Below are positions 27,154 to 36,209 of a stretch of 36,209 nt of DNA, piece after piece (position 1 is the stretch's first letter; each line of letters opens with the position of its first letter). Below the pieces are notes generated by a model, which was not told where the DNA came from, did no database searches, and saw only the letters and a program-made list of their open reading frames with translations. Source of the DNA: Promethearchaeota archaeon (GTDB lineage Archaea; Asgardarchaeota; Lokiarchaeia; Sigyniarchaeales; SOKP01); the NCBI GenBank assembly GCA_048938895.1, contig JBHLLU010000039.1, positions 1-36,209 on the forward strand, given 5' to 3'. A program made the translations under genes and the position numbers.

Positions 27154-28347
27154 TCAATCTTGTTTTTGCACGGTTCTTTCAGAAAAAGTTTTCATAACTT
27201 CCAAATTAGTTTTTCTTACATGTTTTAAAAGGACTTTATATGGTTTTTCGTTGGTACGGAGGAACCCTTGCTTTAGCGGTGAACCAGTTGACGTTTCCTG
27301 ATCTATATATTGACAACGATGATAACCCAATATATAAGGACATTCAATCAAAGCTTTTAAATATTCTGTATAAGCTTTTGCTGCTTCCAATTCATTTGGG
27401 CATTGTAGCCAGATAGTTTCAGGAAATTTTTTTGTTGGAAAATTAATTGCATGGTCACAGATTAAAATTGGTTTACCTGTTATTGAATGCAAATTATTGA
27501 AATATTCTGGATTAAATATAACATCATATGGCTGTACCGATATAGCATCTACGAATGGGAGTGCTTCTTGAAGAACTTCGATTGGATGATCACCTGCTAA
27601 ATACCGATCTCCGAATATAAGATGATCAGGATCTAATTTTTTGGTCACTTGAGCCGCAATCGAATAATATTGACGGGCAATAAGACGTAAGAATTCGCTA
27701 TCATGCTTTTTGACCACTGGGTGTGCAAGGTTTAATTTGGAAAAATCAGATTTCAGTAAGTCTTTATACTTTGGATTTTTAATACCCGAATAAATCTTTA
27801 ATTCGTCGTGGTCATTTATCAACTCATACAGGAATGTTACATACTTTTCTTTTCCTGGTGAAGAAGCCGAGAGTGATCTGAAAGTACTCACCCAATCAGT
27901 ATTATATTGATTACGAGCTTTATTCAAGTCCCAGCGGGGCGTATCGGTCCAATAGTATCCGATTAGATTGGAATGATGCCTTACAATTTTGTAAATCCTT
28001 TCCAATTTATCTTCGATACTCTTTTTATATATAGGATTAAATACATCAGGATATACAGGTTTTCCCATCCAATATGAAATCGGAGCTAGGTATGAATCTT
28101 GCATAAACGGTAAATAATCCATTACTTCTAAAGGACTGTGATAACCTGCTGAATTAAAACCCCAATCAAGGAAATCAGAGACAATTTTTTTAACTAGTTT
28201 ATTATTGTTTTTACTCTCAAGATTCGTCCTGCCTTTTAATTCGAAATATACTTTAGAGTGAACAATTCCAAGAGTGAAAAATGGTTTACCCTGAGGATCA
28301 ACAAGGCATTCTCTTTCACTATGTTTACCTATTTGATAATAATCCAT
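27154..28347 (-). CDS. Agarase-like glycoside hydrolase (TIM-barrel, clan GH-A-like)
   Basis: Motifs LVDPQGKPFFTLGI, WGFNSAG, YPDVFNP, LIGYY, DPDHLIFGDRY, TGKPILI and ILGYH..QYID. Confidence 0.72.
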   Translation of the reverse strand: MDYYQIGKHSERECLVDPQGKPFFTLGIVHSKVYFELKGRTNLESKNNNKLVKKIVSDFLDWGFNSAGYHSPLEVMDYLPFMQDSYLAPISYWMGKPVYPDVFNPIYKKSIEDKLERIYKIVRHHSNLIGYYWTDTPRWDLNKARNQYNTDWVSTFRSLSASSPGKEKYVTFLYELINDHDELKIYSGIKNPKYKDLLKSDFSKLNLAHPVVKKHDSEFLRLIARQYYSIAAQVTKKLDPDHLIFGDRYLAGDHPIEVLQEALPFVDAISVQPYDVIFNPEYFNNLHSITGKPILICDHAINFPTKKFPETIWLQCPNELEAAKAYTEYLKALIECPYILGYHRCQYIDQETSTGSPLKQGFLRTNEKPYKVLLKHVRKTNLEVMKTFSERTVQKQD

Positions 28348-28486
28348 TTTCTATTAGTAATTTTTTAAACTTTTTGAATGTTCAGTAGTTAATGATGTTT
28401 TGAAGCAATGATTTTGAGGAATTATAGGAATTTTGCTTTTATTGGTCTACAAATTTTTTAAAATAGAGTTTATTTTTAATTTAAAT

Positions 28487-29119
28487 ATGAATAATAATTA
28501 TGAAATCGATAGCCTATATAAATTAACGTCGGATGATGTTAAAAAGACGTGTGCAATGGCGGGAAATGCTTTTCAAGATGATCCTATCATGGTATATACA
28601 TATCCTGATGAGGAAGAAAGAAAGAAAAAGGCACAATATGGATTTTATATGATCTATAATTATGGAATAAAATATGGACTAACTTATGCTACGTCTAAGA
28701 ACTTAGAAGGAACTATAATATGGTTGCCACCTGATAAGGTATATCCTTCTACTTGGTCTATGATGAGACATGGGGGGATTTATACCATGCGCAAAGTAGG
28801 CTTAAAAATGGAAGCAATGAAAAAAACTATGAGGATTTTTAAATATGAAGAAGAGAGACATAGACATCATGCACCTTTTGATCATTGGTATTTTCAAAAT
28901 ATAGCAGTTGAACCAAAAGAACAAGGGAAAGGATATGGAGGTTTACTCATAAGTACTATGCTTAAAACAATTGAGAGTGATGGGTTACCTGTTTATGTGG
29001 AAACTAATACCGAAAAGGCTATGTCAATTTACCAAAAATATGGTTTCGAAATTGTTGAATACGGAATAATACCTGAAACGCCTGTACCTTTATGGTGTAT
29101 GTTAAGAAAACCAGAGTAA
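28487..29119 (+). CDS. GNAT family N-acetyltransferase
   Basis: Motifs AFQDDP, HWYFQNIAVEPKEQGKGYGG, VYVET and YQKYGF. ATG 28487 is preferred over TTG 28433. Confidence 0.92.
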   Translation: MNNNYEIDSLYKLTSDDVKKTCAMAGNAFQDDPIMVYTYPDEEERKKKAQYGFYMIYNYGIKYGLTYATSKNLEGTIIWLPPDKVYPSTWSMMRHGGIYTMRKVGLKMEAMKKTMRIFKYEEERHRHHAPFDHWYFQNIAVEPKEQGKGYGGLLISTMLKTIESDGLPVYVETNTEKAMSIYQKYGFEIVEYGIIPETPVPLWCMLRKPE

Positions 29120-29128
29120 TATTGATAA

Positions 29129-29632
29129 TTATTCAGTACGACAAACAACATGTACGGGGTTATTTGGAATCTTTTTCAATAATTGTTTCAAACACCCTGG
29201 TTTGAGGTCGACATGACTAAGTTCGTCTAACTTAAACCATTTAAAGATAAATTCTGGAGAGTCAATAGAACGAAATTCTTCTTGTTGCCAAGGCCCATCA
29301 GGTTCTTTGGGAGCCACCAGATAAAAGAACCCTATTCCGTGGATTTTTCTCCCGTCAAGCGTATCCCTTTTACTTTTCCAAACAAAAAAATTCTCCATTA
29401 TCCATAACAATCGTTGAACTTCGATCTCAAATCCTCCTCTTTTCTTGATAATTCTCTTTATAGCATCTTTAGTGGTTTCACCAAATAAAGGACCACCTCC
29501 AGGAAGTACCCAGTAATCTTCACTCTGGTGTCTATACAGTAAGATTTGGTTTTGTTCAATCATGACAATCCGGATATTTGGTCCACCAATAGTCCCTGGT
29601 TCTGATCCAAAACCTATGTGATTTGATGTCAT
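29129..29632 (-). CDS. Nudix-fold protein with a degenerate Nudix box
   Basis: ILLYR...YWVLPGGGPLFGETTKDAIKRIIKKRGGF, LLWIMENFF and FKWFKLDEL. Confidence 0.82.
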   Translation of the reverse strand: MTSNHIGFGSEPGTIGGPNIRIVMIEQNQILLYRHQSEDYWVLPGGGPLFGETTKDAIKRIIKKRGGFEIEVQRLLWIMENFFVWKSKRDTLDGRKIHGIGFFYLVAPKEPDGPWQQEEFRSIDSPEFIFKWFKLDELSHVDLKPGCLKQLLKKIPNNPVHVVCRTE

Positions 29633-29811
29633 TAATTTAACAGTGGTAATAATATTTAACAGAAATGTAAGAAACCTTCTAATATATAATTTTGTTTAAA
29701 TTCATGTGTTAGAATAATTAATGAATCGGGTAAACTATCCAGGGAATGAATAGATTTTTATTCACAATACTATTTAAATATACAAAATCTTTTTCTTTTG
29801 AGTATATTAAG

Positions 29812-31692
29812 TTGAGCGAATTAGAAATAGAAGAAAATTCTGTATTAAAGCCTAATGATATTATATATTTAAATTCAGAATTTAGTTTTGAAAAAGATCC
29901 TTTTGAGAAAAAGCGTTTTAAAGGTCCCAGATCTTGGATTTTAGCACATCTCTTTCATAAAAAGAATAAATTTTTACTCTTTCTGTATATCACACTTAGT
30001 ATAGTGGCTAATTTTATGCTTTCATTTAATATCGTTATCCTTGGATGGGCAATTGAAGATACCATCACTCACATGTTCGGAGGTACTACACCGAATATTT
30101 TATTTTGGACAATTTTATATCTCTCAATTTCCTTGGGAACCCAATTAATTGCAGTTATACAAAGGGTCTCAAGGATTATTTTAGCTCAAAATTTAGAAGC
30201 AGAAGCAAGAAGGGAGTTTTATATAAGTTTACTTGGGAAAAGTCAATCATTTCATGATAGACAAGCGATTGGAGATATTATGGCAAGAGCGACAAATGAT
30301 GTTCGCTTTCTAAATTTCTTAATCAATCCAGGAATCTCCAATTTAGTATATGCGTTAAATAGTATCTTTGTACCAATAATTACCATCTTTATAGTATTTC
30401 CAGACTTACCTCAATTAGGTATTATTCCTATAGTTTTTGTTATTTCCTTTCTTTATTCACTGAAAACTTATGTTACCAAATTAACACCTCTTTTCCGATC
30501 GAGACAAGCAGAATTTGCGAATATGAATGCAATTTTGAATGAATCTCTTGATGGAATTGAAGTGATTAAAAGCATGGCACAGGAAAAGCAAAGTATTGAG
30601 AAATATAGATCATCTGCTGTAATTTTTAGGGATCTATCCATTAAAGCTGGCTATATCCAAGCTCGTTATTATCCCAGATTGCTTATAGCTGTCGCAATAA
30701 CTCTGGGATTAACTCATGGATTTATCCTTAGTTATTTTAATTTGATGTTAGTGACCGATGTTATTATCTTTTTAGGATTATTAACTACTTTAAGAAACGC
30801 CATCGATTCAAGTCTTTATAGCTTTTTTTATATCAAAGCTGCCTCAATAGGAGCAGAAAGACTAATTGAAAAAATGCTTTCTGAATCAGAGATTTCAAAT
30901 CCTCATAATCCGACAATAAAACAAATAGAGGGTAAATTAGTATTTGATAATGTATCTTTTCGTTATCCAAGAACGACCAATTATGTATTGAAAAATATCA
31001 GTTTTGAAATATTTCCTGGTCAAACAGTAGCAATTGTTGGCACAACAGGTTCAGGAAAAACTACCTTGACTAAATTAATTTCTCGGTTATATGATGTTAA
31101 TGAAGGGAAAATATCAATTGATAATATTGATGTACGAGAGTTTTCTTTAAATTCCTTACGGGATCAAATTGCCTATATCGAACAGGATGTATTTTTGTTC
31201 TCTAAATCTGCTTATGAAAATATAGCGTTTGGGAGGGAAAGTTTTACAAAAGATGAAATTATTGATGTAGCTAAGCAAGCTCAAGCTCACGACTTTATAA
31301 GCGAATTCCCTGATCAATATGAATCGGAAGTTGGGGAAAGGGGAGTGCAATTAAGTGGTGGAGAGAGACAAAGAATTGCAATAGCGAGAGCCTTTTTATC
31401 TGATCCAAAAATTTTAGTTCTGGATGATGCATCATCTGCTATTGATGCCCAGACTGAAGAAAAGATACAAGAAGCTATTTCCAAAATCCTTCGTGGTCGG
31501 ACTACCTTACTTATTACTCATAGACTAAGTCAAATTAGGTGGGCTGACCTAATAATCGTACTGAAAAAAGGAAGGATAGTAGCGAAGGGTTCTCATAAAG
31601 AATTGTTACAATCATCAGAAGAATATCGAAAAATTTTCATAAAACGATTTGATAAAACCTATTCAGAATTAATTGGAGAGGCAGAGAAATGA
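29812..31692 (+). CDS. ABC exporter half-transporter (TMD+NBD), TM287-like subunit
   Basis: Six TM segments, GTTGSGKT, LSGGERQR, Walker B VLDDASS and ITHR. TTG 29812 is preferred over ATG 29746 because a TTTAAATA element lies between them. Confidence 0.93.
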   Translation: MSELEIEENSVLKPNDIIYLNSEFSFEKDPFEKKRFKGPRSWILAHLFHKKNKFLLFLYITLSIVANFMLSFNIVILGWAIEDTITHMFGGTTPNILFWTILYLSISLGTQLIAVIQRVSRIILAQNLEAEARREFYISLLGKSQSFHDRQAIGDIMARATNDVRFLNFLINPGISNLVYALNSIFVPIITIFIVFPDLPQLGIIPIVFVISFLYSLKTYVTKLTPLFRSRQAEFANMNAILNESLDGIEVIKSMAQEKQSIEKYRSSAVIFRDLSIKAGYIQARYYPRLLIAVAITLGLTHGFILSYFNLMLVTDVIIFLGLLTTLRNAIDSSLYSFFYIKAASIGAERLIEKMLSESEISNPHNPTIKQIEGKLVFDNVSFRYPRTTNYVLKNISFEIFPGQTVAIVGTTGSGKTTLTKLISRLYDVNEGKISIDNIDVREFSLNSLRDQIAYIEQDVFLFSKSAYENIAFGRESFTKDEIIDVAKQAQAHDFISEFPDQYESEVGERGVQLSGGERQRIAIARAFLSDPKILVLDDASSAIDAQTEEKIQEAISKILRGRTTLLITHRLSQIRWADLIIVLKKGRIVAKGSHKELLQSSEEYRKIFIKRFDKTYSELIGEAEK

Positions 31693-33527
31693 CATATTAT
31701 GGGTTAGATGCTGAAGAATACGATAGAGTTTACAGTGATAAAGAACTCCTCTCTCGAATAGTCAAATTATTCAAACCATACCGTAAATCAATGCTTATTG
31801 TCATTGTATTTATGATAATCAATTCCTTTAGTTTTGGGATATTACCCGTATTGACTCGAGAGATAATTGAGAAATTAGATCAATCAAATTATGTCATTCC
31901 ATTTATAGCTCTCATTATTCTAGTGTCCCTTGGTTTAAATTTGCTCTATTTTATATTTAATGTGGTAATCCAAATGATTCTCTTTAAAATTGTTTCTGAA
32001 TTAAGCTTCCAATTACGTTTTAAATTAAATTATGCCATACTTTTACAGGATCTTTCTTTCTTTGACAAATACCCTACAGGAAAAATTGTAAGTCGAATTA
32101 ATAATGATGGAACCCGTTTTGGGGAGATGATTAATATAACTATTACTGGATTGGCTTCATTATTAATTTTAATAGTTGTTTTAGTACCAATGTTGATGAT
32201 CAATGTTCTAATCTCTTGTATTATATTTACTGTGGTTCCGTTTCTATTTTTACTCACCTTTTCCTTTAGAAAACTCGTCAGAAAAAAAACATTGCTTGGT
32301 CAAAGATCTTTAGCCAATGTGAATGCTTTTGTACAGGAAACAATGAGTGGAATTCAAATTGCGAAAACATTTCGACAAGAAGAAAAGTTACTTAAAGAGT
32401 TTGAATTTGTTAACGAACAGAATAAAAAAGTGAGCATTGGAAAAGATTTAGCTATGAATATGCTATGGCCTTTGATAAATACGATTATATTCATTCTTTA
32501 TGGTGTTCTCCTATATATAGGTGGTACTGCGATTTACCAACAAGTTATAAGTGTAGGAGATTGGTATTTAATACTTCAAAGTTTTGGTCTACTTTTTAAT
32601 CCCTTACTTCAACTGGTTAACTTTTGGCCTCAATTTCAACAAGGAATGAGTGCTGCTGAACGGATTTTTAGTCTTCAAGATGCTGAGGCAGATATTAAAG
32701 AAGGAGATTATGTTTTTCCTAGTATTAAAGGTAAAATAGAATTGACAAATCTTAATTTTAGCTATACTCCAGGACTCCCAATTTTTGAAAATTTTAATTT
32801 AACAATCGAGTCAGGTGAATCTATTGCTATAGTAGGACATACAGGTGCAGGGAAAACAACATTAGCTAGAATATTGTTAAGATTATATGAATTCCAATCT
32901 GGGGATGATTCAGTAAAAATTGATGGGAGAAGTATCAGAGATTTGAAATTAAATGAGTACCGTCGACAGGTTGGATATATTGGACAAGTACCATTTCTAT
33001 GGAATGACACAATTGAAAATAATATAAAATATGGATTACCTAATGCTGCTTATGAGGATGTTATTTCAGTTTTAAATCAATCTGGTGGTGTAGAATGGGT
33101 AGAAGATTTAGATAATGGACTAAAAACTCGAATTATGGAAAGAGGAAAAGTTCTATCAATGGGACAAAAGCAATTACTTGTTTTTGCTAGGGTATTATTA
33201 CAAGATCCTTCTATTCTCATTTTAGACGAAGCTACTGCTTCAGTGGATCCATTTACAGAAACTAAGATTCAAGAGGCTATGGAAAAAGCTATGGAAGGGC
33301 GAACTACTATAGTCATCGCTCACCGGTTAGTAACTGTTAAACATGTTGATAGGATTATTGTGCTTGATAATGGAAAGATACTGGAAGAAGGCAACCACGT
33401 ACAATTAATGAAAAACGGAGGATACTATGCAAAACTTTATGATACGTATTTTAAACATCAAAGTTATGAATTCATTGAAGACCACAAACCTAAAGAAAGA
33501 AAAGATTTAGGAGAATTTAGAGTGTGA
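31689..33527 (+). CDS. ABC exporter half-transporter (TMD+NBD), TM288-like subunit
   Basis: GHTGAGKT, LSMGQKQ, ILDEAT and IAHR. ATGA overlap with the upstream gene. Confidence 0.95.
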   Translation: MTYYGLDAEEYDRVYSDKELLSRIVKLFKPYRKSMLIVIVFMIINSFSFGILPVLTREIIEKLDQSNYVIPFIALIILVSLGLNLLYFIFNVVIQMILFKIVSELSFQLRFKLNYAILLQDLSFFDKYPTGKIVSRINNDGTRFGEMINITITGLASLLILIVVLVPMLMINVLISCIIFTVVPFLFLLTFSFRKLVRKKTLLGQRSLANVNAFVQETMSGIQIAKTFRQEEKLLKEFEFVNEQNKKVSIGKDLAMNMLWPLINTIIFILYGVLLYIGGTAIYQQVISVGDWYLILQSFGLLFNPLLQLVNFWPQFQQGMSAAERIFSLQDAEADIKEGDYVFPSIKGKIELTNLNFSYTPGLPIFENFNLTIESGESIAIVGHTGAGKTTLARILLRLYEFQSGDDSVKIDGRSIRDLKLNEYRRQVGYIGQVPFLWNDTIENNIKYGLPNAAYEDVISVLNQSGGVEWVEDLDNGLKTRIMERGKVLSMGQKQLLVFARVLLQDPSILILDEATASVDPFTETKIQEAMEKAMEGRTTIVIAHRLVTVKHVDRIIVLDNGKILEEGNHVQLMKNGGYYAKLYDTYFKHQSYEFIEDHKPKERKDLGEFRV

Positions 33528-33562
33528 CATCTAATTCCCCCTTAGGTATAACTTTCTATTTT

Positions 33563-33877
33563 TTAAGAGGAACTTGAACTTCGTGAAGACATTAAATCAA
33601 ATAATGATTCTGAGGTTATCACAGAATGACATCTTGAACAAAAGTGAATTATTAACGGGATGGCTCCTATAAGTTCTAAATATCGGTTAACAAATTTTAG
33701 ACTATATTGTGCCATTCTTTTTAACATTTTCCCTCCAAATGGGACAACTTCAGCTTGAATTTCTATGAAACTTTCATAGGCTTGTAATAAATCATTTTTA
33801 AACTTGTCATTGATGGGTGCTGGCTTTATTTCAAGTTCTAATTCAAGTTCTTCTTTACAATATGGGCATTTAGACAA
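33563..33877 (-). CDS. Small zinc-binding hypothetical protein
   Basis: CPYC and CSRC separated by about 70 aa of helical insert. TTG start 6 nt after AAGGTGA. Confidence 0.75.
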   Translation of the reverse strand: MSKCPYCKEELELELEIKPAPINDKFKNDLLQAYESFIEIQAEVVPFGGKMLKRMAQYSLKFVNRYLELIGAIPLIIHFCSRCHSVITSESLFDLMSSRSSSSS

Positions 33878-34085
33878 CGAAGATCACCTTTTTATTATTA
33901 AATTTCTGTTATCTATTTATTCTATTTAAAGGATAGTATAATTTCTTTACTATTAAATTAATCTTCATTTTTACTTGCATCGAACATAAGAACTCCATTC
34001 AAGAAAAACTGAGAGATAAGTAATCTAGAAAGTAGGAGTTTAAATTTTCTACAAAAAATAAAATAAATATTTTAAAAATTATTAT

Positions 34086-34913
34086 TTACTCTACAATAGC
34101 GTAGGAATTTCCTAAGACTACAGTATTTTCTTTTCGCACTTGGATAATATAGCGTCCATTATCTTTCCATCCTTCGGTCACAACTTTTTCACCTGGAAGC
34201 ACAGGGCTCTTAAATCGAGCACTGAACTCTTTAAAACGAGAGACATCCCCATCACATAACTCATTTACAATAGCACGCGTGGCAATCCCGTATGTACATA
34301 AACCATGAAGGATCGGTCTTGGTTGACCTGCCATTTTAGCAAAGTTCGGATCGATATGTAATGGATTAAGATCTCCATTTAATCGATAAAATGCTGCTTG
34401 ATTTGTACTAGTCTGATAAGGACTGCTAAAATCTGGCTCTTTACCCTCTGGAGGATTTATAGGTATCGTTTTTGGTCCGGGGTCTCCACCGAAACCTCCT
34501 GCACCACCAACGAAATAGACATACCTTGCATCAAATAAATGCTCGTCTTCTGGGGAATGTCCGGATACTTTTATGTGGATAACAGCAGCTTTACCCTTAT
34601 CATAAATATGCTCTATAAGCCCTTTTGTGTTCACTTTTCCACTTGCTTTAAAAGGTGCATAAAGACGAATAAATTGTTCACCATGTAAGAGTCGCACAAA
34701 ATCGGTGCCAGGGGGGAATATCATTGCGCTACCTGCTACTATCGTTGCAAAGCTCGGAAAAACTTTCATACCACCTTGTACTCTCTCATAGACAAAAGGT
34801 AAGTCTTCTGCTTGTGCACCAATTCCCAAATTATACAAAGCAGCTGCCTTCCAATCATATTCAAATGTTCCCTCTCTTGTGTTTCCTAATGAATCTACAT
34901 CTATTTTTGACAT
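34086..34913 (-). CDS. MaoC-like double hot-dog (R)-specific enoyl-CoA hydratase 2
   Basis: Motifs LYNLGIG, LLHGEQ, YRLNGDLNPLHID and PILHGLCTYG. Start is ATG 34913 or 34922. Confidence 0.93.
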   Translation of the reverse strand: MSKIDVDSLGNTREGTFEYDWKAAALYNLGIGAQAEDLPFVYERVQGGMKVFPSFATIVAGSAMIFPPGTDFVRLLHGEQFIRLYAPFKASGKVNTKGLIEHIYDKGKAAVIHIKVSGHSPEDEHLFDARYVYFVGGAGGFGGDPGPKTIPINPPEGKEPDFSSPYQTSTNQAAFYRLNGDLNPLHIDPNFAKMAGQPRPILHGLCTYGIATRAIVNELCDGDVSRFKEFSARFKSPVLPGEKVVTEGWKDNGRYIIQVRKENTVVLGNSYAIVE

Positions 34914-35292
34914 AATAACCATCTCATATTTTTATGGTAAAAAATTGTAAAAACAATTTATATGTTTATGATAAGTTACCATTTTTTATAGTTATTATTA
35001 GTTATTCTCTAAATTTTGTATTTATTTTAGGTCAATGAATATTACCTCCTACCAAGAGCTTCTTCAAGTTTGTATGAAAGTATGTTTTTTTTGATCATAA
35101 ATTCTTGTAAAACATGGAGTTGTTGTCTATATCCTTTTATGATACTAAATTTAGGAAACCAGATTATTAATCCAAAGAGATTTAGGGTTTTTTAGAAATT
35201 TCCATTCTATCTTTTAGAAAACTTATAATTCTGATAATCTGAAATGTAACTATTAATGGAATAATGTATGTTATTGTACAATTTGCGGGAAT

Positions 35293-35622
35293 ATGAAAAA
35301 TTGCACAACTTGCGGGGAAAAATTAGAGGAGTTCTATGAAATCTGTCCTTTTTGTTTTACTAACTTAATTCATGGATCAGAGGATGAAGAAAAAGCTAAG
35401 AAAAGGAAAAAAGCTAAGAAATTAAGGTTAATTTCAATTATTATCTCCTATTCTTTATTAATTGGTTGTACGATATCATGGATAACAATAAGTGTTGAAT
35501 GTTTTCAAAGTAACAATCGGATCTGTTATACTATTACTTTAATCCTTATGATGCTATGCTGGATATTTGCTTGTGTAGCTCCTGTTTTACTCGGGGAAGA
35601 AATACCGAAAGAGGAAAAATAG
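35293..35622 (+). CDS. Zinc-ribbon protein with two C-terminal TM helices
   Basis: CTTCG...CPFC, a basic linker and two hydrophobic segments. Confidence 0.75.
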   Translation: MKNCTTCGEKLEEFYEICPFCFTNLIHGSEDEEKAKKRKKAKKLRLISIIISYSLLIGCTISWITISVECFQSNNRICYTITLILMMLCWIFACVAPVLLGEEIPKEEK

Positions 35623-35687
35623 TCTAAATTTATTAAAGTTATCTTGAAATATTAAAATAGAAAATAGATAAAGATTTAAAAAAAAGT

Positions 35688-36209
35688 TTAGTTAATTTTT
35701 GAACCACATAACATACAAAAATTCCCTACTTCGGTCAATTTTGCTCCGCAATTTCGGCAAAAATTAATTTCCCGCTCAAGATTTCTTATTGGCTGAGGTT
35801 TAGGTACGACTATTTCTATATCTGAAGATTCCGGAGAGTTTTCAGTTGGTAATTTATTTAATGATGCGAGCATAAAATAACCTTTCACTTGATAGACAAA
35901 GCCGATAATTGCAGGAACGATTAAGAACCATAATGAGATTAAAAGAGTACCTTTTTTTAGTTTATCACACCCTTTTACAGCTTCTTCGGAAATATCTGCT
36001 GGAAACATCTTAAAATTACTCTCAAAGAATGTTTTTAGATTCTTCCACGCTTTCATTTCAGCTGCCACACCAACATAAATAACTATTATACCAGAGATCA
36101 TGAGAATTGTAGATATAGATAGCGACATGTAGATAGGGAGTGAGTTTGGGATAAAGAAAAATATAGCAAGGTTCACTCCTCCAACAATCAAGATGATCAT
36201 ACCACATAT
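35688..36209 (-). CDS. Membrane protein with C-terminal zinc ribbon (5'-truncated by the window edge)
   Basis: TM segments plus FCRNCG...FCMLCG. The frame is open to the end of the window. Confidence 0.78.
   Translation of the reverse strand: MCGMIILIVGGVNLAIFFFIPNSLPIYMSLSISTILMISGIIVIYVGVAAEMKAWKNLKTFFESNFKMFPADISEEAVKGCDKLKKGTLLISLWFLIVPAIIGFVYQVKGYFMLASLNKLPTENSPESSDIEIVVPKPQPIRNLEREINFCRNCGAKLTEVGNFCMLCGSKIN

Noticed and set aside
28433-28486. TTG-initiated extension of the GNAT gene
   Set aside because: It translates AT-rich promoter DNA. ATG 28487 gives a normal N-terminus.
5227-34915. Numerous 60-126 aa ORFs antisense to or nested in long genes (e.g. 5227, 5631, 8681, 9256, 10566, 10587, 11038, 13593, 15305, 16493, 19203, 23457, 26136, 26580, 32762, 34724)
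   Set aside because: They overlap well-supported genes and have no motifs or independent signals.
35042-35191. About 50-codon minus-strand open stretch ending ...YKLEEALGRR*
   Set aside because: It has no start at its 5' end and no recognisable family. It may be a remnant but this is unsupported.

Overview
This is an AT-rich (about 30% GC by eye), gene-dense prokaryotic window with about 31 protein-coding genes. I could not recognise any rRNA, tRNA, CRISPR array, transposase or integrase. It most resembles an Asgard archaeon of the Lokiarchaeia type (inference), based on archaeal-type TATA boxes, GGTGA-type Shine-Dalgarno sites, U-tract terminators, a tungsten aldehyde:ferredoxin oxidoreductase, an F420-dependent PPOX protein, a HEAT+LRR protein and a giant TPR-like protein. 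Content is mostly accessory metabolism (hydrolases, acyl-CoA enzymes, Fe-S/Mo/W oxidoreductases, ABC transport). Main observations: (1) four genes have clearly coding N-termini that extend upstream of any ATG/GTG/TTG and appear to start at ATA/ATT/CTG behind SD-like motifs; (2) a 1278-aa TPR-like solenoid is fused to a nitrilase-fold domain with an intact E-K-C triad; (3) a GRAM/PH-like protein lies next to an arrestin-N-like protein; (4) there is a membrane-anchored M23-like peptidase; (5) a Nudix protein has lost its catalytic glutamates; (6) a 16-bp intergenic motif recurs 12 kb apart; (7) there is an unannotated 53-codon cationic ORF. All family assignments come from motif recognition by eye; no database search was run.
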